Source: Laetmonice hystrix
Lineage: Eukaryota
Length of the DNA: 64,000 nt
Reading direction: 5' to 3'
Assembly (NCBI GenBank): GCA_965235115.1
Contig: OZ249437.1
Coordinates: 16,492,001-16,556,000, forward strand
Below the pieces are notes generated by a model, which made no database searches, had not been told where the DNA came from, and worked only from the letters and a program-made list of their open reading frames with translations. Shown here one piece after another: positions 37,614 through 49,000 of the stretch. A program made the translations under genes and the position numbers. Position 1 is the stretch's first letter. Every line of letters starts with the position of its first letter.

Positions 37614-40363
37614 CAGGGCCATGCACCCCCGCCGCCTACACACAAACACACTTTTTAGAAAGTTATTTTTCCCTCCTCTGCCACTAGAGAGTTCTATTCG
37701 GTTGTCTTGTCGTTACAAGTCTTGCTGGTCTGCCCTTCCACACAGTGTGAATACCACACCAGCAAGACATTTTGACTTTGTATTGGTATTGTAGTTGTCT
37801 TGTCGTTGTCTTGCTCTGGTGTGGAACCAGCATTAGACTAAATCAATAACTGTCGCCTGTCTAAACTAATTTGCTTGTGGGGGTGGGGGGGGGGGGGGGG
37901 GGTTCAGCATGGTTAATTTAGAAAGTTCAGAAATGTCACTAAGGTGGTACCGTACATGAGTGGCACTTCATTAATTTATTGGAAGGCCTGATTCAGGATC
38001 ATGGCTGGGAGGGGTGGACGGGTGGACTGTGAGTGGGCAAGTACAGCGTAGCCCAGTAGTAGAGAGGACAAGTAGGGCATAGCTCGCCCGGCTGTGAACA
38101 TGATGAAGCCAGGCCATAAAAATGTTTCCAGTTTGTCAAGTCTGTAACCTCAGCAGCTGTAGTCACCCTGCAGCAGGGCAAGGATTAGGTCCCCACTTGG
38201 CTGGGAGTGGACATTCCACCCATTACATCCGTGTATTGTCTGAATCACTCCCAGTCGCAGAGTGGGCGGCATTGACTCTCTGAGTCTGGCTCTATGTCTG
38301 GGTGGACTGAGCCCTGTGTGATTCTCACCAGTGTCTTGTCGTCAGTGTTTGAATGAGGTTGGTGGGACCACTTGCCCAGTCACTGGCTGACTGAGTGATC
38401 ATTGTGCAGACAGACGTCCCACTGGGTAAGTAGCGGTACTTAAAGCTGTACGGTAGCAGTAAGACTAGGAGCTGGTAACACCTGTCTGGACGGGTTTGGC
38501 AGGTGTGGGGGCTCACCTCAGCCCAGGACTGCCTGTAGACACACAGCACAGAGAATGTGTAGTCGGTGTGTTTAGTACCGTACAAGGAGGTGAGGGTTGT
38601 CTGCATTCACTCCTCCCCTTCAAACCAGGATCTATTTTAGAGTGCTAGAGTCAGTGACCAGTTTATTACCAGTGGAGTCTCCAGAAGGGTTAGGAAATCG
38701 GTGCTGTTTACTTACGGATCTGTGGGCTCAAGTCGGCAGAGATCATCAGGCAGTTGTTTGTGTTGCTTGTTGGTTCAGGGCACAAGAGATTTAAACCTGG
38801 CCAAGGCCATAATTAGGCTGATTGATCCTCAGCTGAGGTAAGTGATCAGATGTTGGTGTTATTGACCTGCATTTAGACCTTAGATTGCAAAGTATTTTGT
38901 AACAGTTGGATTAGCAAGGAAAACTGTATGTGTCATGGGTCATAGAACTTTGCAAACTTGACGAAATCAAGAGGGTGTGTGGCACACTTCAAGATGTGTC
39001 ACATGCCATTTTATTGATACATGTGTAATTGTAATGCAAACTCCACAACTGGACAATACAAAATAAACGCTACTTTGAAGGTGGATAAGATTGAAAAGGA
39101 ATATCTGGTGCATTGCCTTAAGACTGTGTCCTATGTTGCAGACATATGAGTTGTTAAATATTTTAAAATGATCAGTTTCAAAATAGATAGATCTTTTTAT
39201 ACATCCATGTATCTAGAGCTCCAGGATAGAAATAAAGCAATCACCTTCGGGGGGGGGGGGGGGGGGCTACCATGGCATGGGTACAGGGGTGGAAATTATG
39301 GGAAATCATCTACTAGTACTGTTTGCCAGCAGGGCTAGTAAAAGTGACTATAACACTAGCCCTACTGTAAATGAACTGGCCAGCAGGGCAAGTTCAGGTG
39401 AAGGGTTATTTGCCCTCCATGTGACCACTGACCCACACAGCCATTCAACCTACAGAAATCCATACAGCAGGTGCTGCCTAGTGGCACTAAAAGGTCTGGA
39501 ATTGTGCAACTAGAGAACTTGGAACCTACTGAACATTCAAAGTTCTCTGCCTCTGAGTGCCAAGCTGCCAAATTATGTAGGCCCTACATTACAGTACCTG
39601 GTAATACGAGTAGCATCAGGACTGCCATTGTAGGGGGAGGCGATTGCAGGGAAAAAATCACTCACCCGTTAATTGTAACATATCGCCTGCAGGGCGACCT
39701 GAATGGTCAAACAAGGTCGCCCAACTAGGCTAGGCCCCCGTAAGCTGGAGGGATAAAGATGCTCTGACTCTGAATTTCAAACTGAATTTTCAGAAGTTGG
39801 GGAACAGGGAAAAACTTGAAAAATAATGACGATAATTAATGTCTAGTTAGAAAGGACCACGGGTAATTTTGGTAGCGTGTCCCTTGCTTTGAAACTGCAA
39901 GTGCGTCGGCAGAAATACAAAAATGTGTCAGCAATAATTTAAGTGTGTCGGGCACGCAAAAGTTTTTAGCAAGGCACCTGTATATGTAGAGTTTATACAG
40001 CTTAGAATGTTCCTCCCTAAATATGTAAACCTTGTGACGGTACAAATATATGATTTGGTTGAGAACGCAATGCATTGCTAAAATTCTTGGGATTTGGCAT
40101 CGGGTTCGTAGATTTTAAAAAAACAGCGTTGAATGACGTCTGGCAGACAGAGCTTTAATTAAAACAAAGGTGTACATTACTAGACACGACATCTGACATT
40201 TGTCCCTCCGGATCAGTTTTGTTTGCTCCTACATTCATTTGTTAAGGTGTGCCCTGCTCATCACTGATATAATGATGCAGCTCGAATGAAGTGTGCTTTG
40301 TCAAGAACATGAATGGCAGGTGAACAGGTCTTTACATAATTTCTACATCACATGCGACCTTAA

Positions 40364-42472
40364 GAGCCATTGTCTGGGATGTTCAGGCAGGCTGTGATAG
40401 TCACATTCTCCAATTTTGCTGAAACTTTGGTGATTTGATGTCTGTACCAAGCCTAGAAAAATGCCAGATTTTTTCGGCCCGACGCTGCCTCGTTTGGGTG
40501 CTAGAGGTCATTCAAGGTCAGACCTGAAAATGGCCCAAAACCAAAATGTGATTTTCAAATGGCTTTTATTTCTTGCGCCATCTTTATCCCAACATTATAT
40601 TTTGATATTTCTATTATATGGATGATGGTCTGTGAATTCAGCGATTTTCGGTCTGGGATATAATTGGCGTGACCAATAGGGGGCGCTGTAATATGGCTGA
40701 AAGTCAATTTTTTTGACTTTTTGGCCCCCCTTGTGCTCCTTGCGGGTTCCTTATCCCAAGACTTTTATTATTACATTAAATAGGCGATAGGTAGGGCTTC
40801 CTATTACAGGTTAAAAAAAATTGGGATTGCGCATGCGCAGGCCACCAGGTGGCGTTAAAGTTGTCAAAATTGTCCAATTTGGTCTATTTCAGCGCCACCT
40901 GGTGGCAGGCGCCTTCGTTCCTCAGGGTGACTGGTTGTTTGAAATTGGAGTATGAATGACATACTTTTAATTTATAAAAGCCATTTCTTGGGATATGCAC
41001 ACATTTTCGAAAAAAGGGCGCATCTTTATTGCTGGAAATGGGTCATTCATTTCTATACTAAATCACCAAAAAAAAAATTTCTTAGTTCAAAAAATAGATT
41101 TTGCTGGAATTTTGCTCATAAAAACTTTAATCCATTTCGTGTGGTCATGCAAAATTCTAGTTCTGTACTCCGAATAGTTCCTGAGATATGACCTTTTGAA
41201 GTTTTCACCCCTTGGACCCTTTCGAGGCTTAACTTTTTTTGCCGATTTTGAGGAGCTATAACATCACAATTATAATAGTGAGCATTCCCAGATTTCGTGA
41301 ACTTACTATCCTTGTTGGGTACATGCAAAATACAAGACAACAGGGTCGTCCTAGGAATATTTTTTCTGTACGAGTGGTTCCAAAATGGCATTTCAGCCAA
41401 TTTTTACTAAAAGTATTTAGCTGCGCAACATAATTTTTTCCATATGGAAGGCCATATTTTCTTTAATTCTTTATAGATCTTCACAAAACTAACAGGGAAT
41501 GCTTACAGGCCATATTCCTATATAATCATGGGCTGAAACGGTTCCTTTTTGCTAAAAAGTTCTAATTCCTTAGACCTTGCGATGTCCGACATACATTTTG
41601 GTGGAGAGGCATATTTCTGAAAGTTTAAAGTGCTCTAGCAAAATCAGTTTTCAATATTTATATTTGAAATTTGGCATATACATAGTCTATGGGGAGTTCT
41701 TTTAGGAAAATATTATAAAAGTGCCCAATTTGTATTCGATTTTTAATGAAGTCTCTTCAAAAATGGCAAAAAATTGAAAATATGGAATTGGACCCCAAAT
41801 AATTATGAAAAATTGTCATTCATGTGTACATATCCCAAGAAATGGCTTTTATAAATTAAAAGTACATCATTCATACTCCATTTTAAAGCAACCGGTCACC
41901 CTAAAGAACAAAGGCGCCTGCCACCAGGTGGCGCTGAAATAGACCAAATTGGACAATTTTGACAAATTTAACGCCACCTGGTGGCCTGCGCATGCGCAAT
42001 CCCAATTTTTTTTAACCTGTAATAGGAAGCCCTACCTATCGCCTATTTAATGTAATAATAAAAGTCTTGGGATAAGGAACCCGCAAGGAGCACAGGGGGG
42101 CCAAAAAGTGAAAAAAATTGACTTTCAGCCATATTACAGCGCCCCCTATTGGTCACGCCAAGTATATCCCAGACCAAAAATCACTAAATTCACAGACCGT
42201 CATCCATATAATAGAAATATCAAAATATAATGTTGGGATAAAGGTGGCGCAAGAAATAAAAGCCATTTGAAAATCACATTTTGGTCTTGGGCCCTTTTCA
42301 GGTCTGACCTTGAATGACCTCTAGCACCCAAATGAGGCGGCGTCGGACCGAAAAAATCTGGCATTTCTCTAGGCTTGGTACGGACATCAAATGACCAAAG
42401 TTTCAGCAAAATTGGAGAAGGTGACTATCACACTCTCAATGGTAACTGCCTGAAGTTCTCAGACAATGGCTC
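40364..42472. mobile_element. Kolobok-like non-autonomous fold-back transposon with ~640-bp terminal inverted repeats
   Basis: TTAA|GAGCCATTGTCTG...CAGACAATGGCTC|TTAA. Arms 40364-41004 and 41822-42472 are reverse complements along their length; the core is non-coding. Confidence 0.85.
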
Positions 42473-43025
42473 TTAACGTACATGATTATACTGGTAGGCC
42501 TACGACTTTCGTATTCCAAGAAGTGACCATTTTTGAGATGTTGTTGTGAGTAAGATCTAATAGGACTTTAAGGAATTCTTTGAGCCTCTGATTTTACTGT
42601 GGAGAGGAACAACCTGGAGCCAGCAGGATGCACACATGCATACATCTTCCAATTGTAATTATGTTGATAGACTTCTGTATACGTCTAGAGTGAAAATTAA
42701 CTCAACTCTAACCAATAACTCTGGTGTGCAGATTTTAAATGGGGGCATTCTTCAAACTGAGTTGCACCTTATGTTGCATCCATTCATCAACCTCTAATAA
42801 ATGGACTTTTTCTGCAAAATGCAGAATGAAATAATGGCAATTTATGATATTGGTCAGAAAGAATAATGTGAAGATTGTCATGATATTGATTATCTCAAGA
42901 AAATGAAGGATCTATTATGGCATCTCCTCCCCTCAGAACTGTTCCCAAGCCCTGTTGACGTGTGTGTTTTACAGGTACGTCGCGTGCGATTTACGCTGCA
43001 GAGAGAGTGGGAAAGAAAGTCCTAG

Positions 43026-46000
43026 ATGCCTGAGTTGGTAATGGAAGGAGAATGCAAGCCAGTGCAATTGGAACCTTTTGTCCATCAAGTGGGGGGCCAT
43101 GCCAGCATGCTACAGTTTAACGACTCTACAGTATGCAAGCCACACATCTCACGAGAGCGATACTTCTATGAAGCCATGCCCCCCGAAATGAAGGGATTCA
43201 CACCACAATACAGAGGTAGGTTATTTTCTCTTATTCTGACTATTTTTTTTATCATGCAGCAAAAATGGTGTAACCCTGCACAAAATGCCTGTGATCGTTG
43301 ATGGATTTTGGTTTGATGAAACATAAAATAAAAAAAAGATTTTTGCTTTGAATAAAATGTGAAATATAGCACTTGTTAAAGCCATAAAGGGGCACAATTT
43401 TTGACTGACTTTGCATTTTTATGTTTTATGTTTTGCATTTTTAAACTGTAGATGGCTCAAAAAAGTTTGAGATGCCACTCGATAAATGTGCCATTCTTGC
43501 AATTGTGTGCCCCTTTAAAATGACAGGATGAATGACAGAATTGATCTCCCACTACAAAATTATTTGAAACATCAAGGCCAACGTTAATCGTTATTGGCCA
43601 GCAAGATAATTTTTTTTTGTCAGGGTATGAAATATTAAGTTCTGACAGTTCAGAGGAGTATGGAGGACTATTAATCATTGGTTCAGGAGAACACTTGAAT
43701 GATACTGGTCACTTGATACTTTTTCGATATTTTATCAGTAGATAATGATGTTCTGACTGGTGGGAAAATGCTGATGGCTGAGTGTGTCTGACAAGACCCT
43801 GGTAATATGGGGTGTGTGTGTTTGTGTGGTGGGAGGGGAGGTTCGAATCCTTCATCTCTTGGAGACGCCATGTGCACCAGTTATACCTCATCAGAGCCTG
43901 TAATCCATGAGGCACGGCTCCACAGATGGGGCGCGCCTTGAACCAACGAAAAGGTCGATGTATTCCGTCACTGTTTTAAGCATATTCCTGGGCCCGGTTT
44001 TTTGGTTGAGCTTGAGTCAAGTTTGAGATGAAAACCTCGTCTCAAGCTCACCTCTGTGAGACTGAGATCGTCTCAGTCTCACCTTTGAGTTTTTTAGTCC
44101 CTTCTTATCTCACGCTCTGGCTCAGATTTTGTCTCACTGGTGAGACAGCATCGACCCTGTCTCACACCTCCTCTCAACCTCATTAAAACCAAGCTAAACA
44201 TTACTGACAATCCTACACTTCTACAGGCTTGCATATTTAGGCCTATGTTGTGGCCTGCTCGATTTATAGGCCTATTCAAAGGAAAGATCAAGCTCAACTA
44301 CAAAAACCCGATTTGAGCTCCGTCTCCACTGAGATCATCTCAGGCTCACCATGAGATGAGATGAGCTTGAGCCTGAGACGACAACCAAAAAACCGGGCCC
44401 TGTATTTGGCATAGAATGGAACAGAAAGTGTGAAGGAGACTGTCTTGGCAGATGGTGCAGACTTTAATAAAAGCGGCTAGCACCTGCAGCAAAAAAAAAA
44501 ATATTGGTATAATATAAAGTTGGTATAACGCCAGATACAGGATATGGTAAGGCTAAAAGGCCTGTTCCACTGGCTGCGTTGGGCGCACCATTGGGCGCAC
44601 GGCTTTGCGTCGTGTGCAGGAAGGCCTGGTGGTGTTTTTTTGCTCTTGTGCACGACGAACCCACGACTCATTTGCGTTGTACTTGCGACTGCTTGGGTGG
44701 AGCTCACGATAAATTCTGCCTGCACTGAGCGCACGTCAAGCGCACGTCAAAATCAAACATGTTTGAAATTTTGGCTACGACGGCCTCGATTTGGTTGTAT
44801 TTCGATTGTGTATTTCAACCAATTGGAGTTGTATTCGGTCATATTTAACCTGTATTCGGTAGTATTAATCCTGTATTCGGTATAGTATTCGGTAGTAAAG
44901 AACGTCGTCAATGGTTAGCACAACCTGCGTCGGCCGCAGCCAGTAGAACAGATTACAACGGCGCACGATGGATGCATGATGTACACGCTTCGGCCGCAAG
45001 TCGGGCACAGGATTTCGTTCGCGATCGTCGTGCGTCCATTGTTTGTACATCTTGCGTCCATCGTGCCTCCAACGCAGCCAGTGGAACAGGGCTATAAGGG
45101 TGCAAAAAAATTTGTTTTGACCCAGAAAAAATATTGTTGGAAGTCCAAAGACCCCAGTTTTTTCCCCAAATAGACTTCCAAATGGAAGTCATGACCCAGC
45201 CCTGATAGTGATAGGATCCTAGAATTTGGCTGAGAATTTTTGATTACTCCAGAGTTTGTAGCAGAGAACCTAGGCCCCCTGCCCTGTGTTATCTCAAAGA
45301 GGCCTGGAACTAACAGACTAAAGTGATGATGGACGTTAAGTTCCAACAGTGCTAGTCAGTCCATTCACCTTTCTTTTGAGTACACATTAATTTGGCATCC
45401 CTAGATGTTTGTGATCACGTTCGCATTTATAAGTCAGTTTTTTGCTGTGGGAGGAGACTCCATTTTCCAAACAATCAGTCCATTGTCAGTAGCCCACCTG
45501 ACCTGCAGGTGAATCAGTACAGCCTGTTGTATGTTTACATCAAGATCCTGTGGCCACCTTGGCCACAGGTATGTGTGGTGACGATATTACTCTGTGGTTT
45601 AACTACTCAACCTCACCAATAATGTCGTATTTACTGTGCGAAAGCCGGCCGGGATACTGATGTGATTATTATAGACTGCCGGGTGTTCCAAGGTTTATTG
45701 TGAGTGATAGAGTCCCCCCCCCCCCCTCGCCTTCTCCACTGGCCTGAACCCGGACGTCATCAGTCAGTCCCCATGCAGGATCTCAGGGTCTCCCTGTGGG
45801 AGTTGACACATCAACTTATCGTAATCTCTCAGTGCTGAGTGTCGGGAGGCTGTCGCTCTGCCGCTGGATCCTCCAGGATGTGACTTAGAGTCGATTTCAT
45901 CAGTCAGAACTATTTAAGTTTTCATGGGCTGCTTCAATAATTTGTTGTTGCCTTGTAGTTTGAGTCAGCGTCCTGTTGATTGTAGAAAGGATATTTGTAG

Positions 46001-49000
46001 TGGAAGGCCTCCTCTGTGTCCTGTTGATTGTACAGATGGAAGTATCCGAAGGGATACTCGTAGTGAAAGGCCTCCTCTGTGTCCTGTTGATTATACAGAT
46101 GGAAGTATCCGAAGGGATACTCGTAGTGAAAGGCCTCCTCGGGGTTCTGTTGATTGTACGGATGGAAGTATCCGCAGGGATACTCGTAGTGAAAGGCCTC
46201 CTCTGTGTCCTGTTGATTAAGTCCAGATGGAAGTGTCCGAAGGGATACTCGTAGTGAAAGGCCTCCTCGGGGTTCTGTTGATTGTACAGATGGAAGTATC
46301 CGAAGGGATACTCGTAGTGAAAGGCCTCCTCTGTGTCCTGTTGATTGTACAGATGGAAGTATCCGAAGGGATACTCGTAGTGAAAGGCCTCCTCGGGGTT
46401 CTGTTGATTGTACGGATGGAAGTATCCGCAGGGATACTCGTAGTGAAAGGCCTCCTCTGTGTCCTGTTGATTAAGTCCAGATGGAAGTATCCGCAGGGAT
46501 ACTCGTAGTGAAAGGCCTCCTCGGGGTTCTGTTGATTGTACAGATGGAAGTATCCGAAGGGATACTCGTAGTGAAAGGCCTCCTCTGTGTCCTGTTGATT
46601 GTACAGATGGAAGTATCCGAAGGGATACTCGTAGTGAAAGGCCTCCTCTGTGTCCTGTTGATTGTACAGATGGAAGTATCCGAAGGGATACTCGTAGTGA
46701 AAGGCCTCCTCGGAGTTCTGTTGATTTCACAGATGGAAGTATCCGAAGGGATACTCGTAGTGAAAGGCCTCCTCTGTATCCTGTTGATTGTACAGATGGA
46801 AGTATCTGAAAAGATACAGTAAGTATCTGAACTCATGGATACAGAAGTATCCGAAGGGATATACTCGTGGTGGAACTGGAAGGCCTCCCCAGCTGGGATA
46901 AATAGATTCTCAATGAGCACATTGCATAAAGATCAATATTATGTCTCTGTTATTGCTAGGAATCAGTAGGATTAGTAGGGCTCTGGACCCTGTATGGAGA
47001 CTAACAAGGTCGAGGGACTCGGCACCATGGGGACTCAGAACGTCAGTTAGTCGGGTGGATACTGATTTAGTCCTTGGTGGTGGAGTGAGTATACAAGGTC
47101 ATGCCAAGTTTAGGTAGCGGATCCGTGTTTCTCTGTGGTCAACAGATCAATACCTGGGATGGGGGGGGGGGTCACTGGCGTGACCTTGGTCCTAACTAAC
47201 CTTCCCGGATGGCGTGGGGCGGGGTGGTGGAGGGCTATTGGAAGATTAAAACGGTACGGTCTTGATTAGTAAGAGACCTTGCTTGTGGTGGTAACCCGCC
47301 TTATACCCTTAATTGACACTTGCAGTACTGGTAGTGTTAGCCGAAATTAATACTTTATTACAGCCTACCACCGATAGTGGCTGGTGTTCAAAGGTTAATG
47401 GGGGGGGGGCCGGGGGGTGTATATATGAAGGTGGTGATATATTGATACCTTGTGTACTAGTAGAAGTCAAACGTAGACAGGGACCTTTTGATAAAAGATG
47501 TAACAAACTAACACCTGCTATCAGTCGGCATATATTTTAAGGGGCCTGGTACCTGGCACTGATCAGGTCTACATCTTAATTCCAATCTTATCTAAGTAAA
47601 ACCAGGCCACTTTTCCCTGCAATTTTTTGCACATGTAAAAGAAATCGTAATGATTAGTGATTATGACAGCATCTGGTAAGATTAAGTGACTAAAGGTAGC
47701 TAAAGCTGTAAACGGGTTTGATATTTCCTTGATATAAATTCTGTGTTGGAATTGCTGTGTTGGAATCCCCTTGCTGCCACTACAGGAATATATTCTGGTG
47801 ATATAGCACAAATTCTGGTTTGGTCCCTGTGGTTAGGTTTACCAGTATGACAAATCTATGTATACACAGGCCGTACCTGTGCTCAACATGAAAAGCTAAG
47901 CCTCGGGCTATACATATCAGTGTAATAGTGTGTCTGCATGACGTAGGAAGGGTGGAGAGGGGGAGGGCGTCATTTCCAGGGTCATATCAGGAAGTTGTGC
48001 TGCACAATGAGCATGCCACCCACGAACGGCCCCAGGGTGAAGCCCATTTTGTGACCTTATGTTCAGGTGGAAATGACAAAGTGGAGTACGACTGAAAGTT
48101 TGCCATGGTTCTCAGTTGGTCAGTTACAAGCTTATATTAGGCTGGCTTTCCATTTTGAATTTTGTTATAGACAGTCTGAGTCAGACCTCGTTAATCCGTG
48201 CTTCTTTAAATGATTCAGACAATCCAAACACATTGGGCACCAAGCTGTTCAGATAAGCGAAGTCTGACTACATATATACCAACTGTATACACCGGCAGTA
48301 GTACAGATCTTGAAAAAGCCCTGTTGTATTCTGCCATCGCATGGCTACATGTGAGTTTTGGCTGATATATAATTGATATTCTGTCGATGTGAGTGATGTG
48401 AGACCACAGTACAGATTGAATTGAACTTTAAATCTGCAGTGGTACAAACCATTTCGGAGCAGGTTAGATTGATGAATATGGCGTAAATCTCTGCCTCTTG
48501 TTGTGCAACATGAGCCCCATAGACAGAGGTATTCATTAGGAACCAATCAAGCATAGAATGAGGTCAGCCATGGAGTATTGATGTTTGATGTAGCATGATC
48601 TGACAGGCGATTTATGAATTTTATGCTATGTGACATTTTTCAAAACTTGGGATTTCCCCATGACATGAAAACCATGGCCGTGGGTGGCGGGATTTTCAGC
48701 AATGAGTACATCAAAGACAGACGTGAGAATGAACTTATGAAGTGAGAATACTGATGCCCTGGGAGAATGAAAAACATTTCTTTTTGTTGATAGAGATAGG
48801 AGAATGAAAACAACTTGCTTTTTCAGAGGGCATTTTGTCTAAAGGTATTGGTGTTAAAGGGGCACAATTTTTCAACAGACTTTGCGTTTTCTGATATGAT
48901 AGCTTTAGAAGACTGAAATAAATATTCTTATTCTGAAAATAGTGTTGACTGGCCTGTAATCAAGCCACAGGCATGCCTCAAATGAAAGTTCGCTGTACAA

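Noticed and set aside
43849-43860. GGTTCGAATCC tRNA B-box/T-loop motif
   Set aside because: There is no A-box or cloverleaf upstream; at most a decayed SINE remnant.
45985-46870. CRISPR-like look (regular repeats with an internal hairpin)
   Set aside because: There are no unique spacers, the units are contiguous copies, there are no cas genes, and the context is a eukaryotic intron. The same applies to the 71-, 50/45- and 46-bp arrays.
48268-48554. Possible degenerate zinc-finger or transposase fragment (YLCLWGSC...)
   Set aside because: The C2H2 spacing is incomplete, frames are broken, and I cannot recognise a family. A tBLASTx search would be needed.
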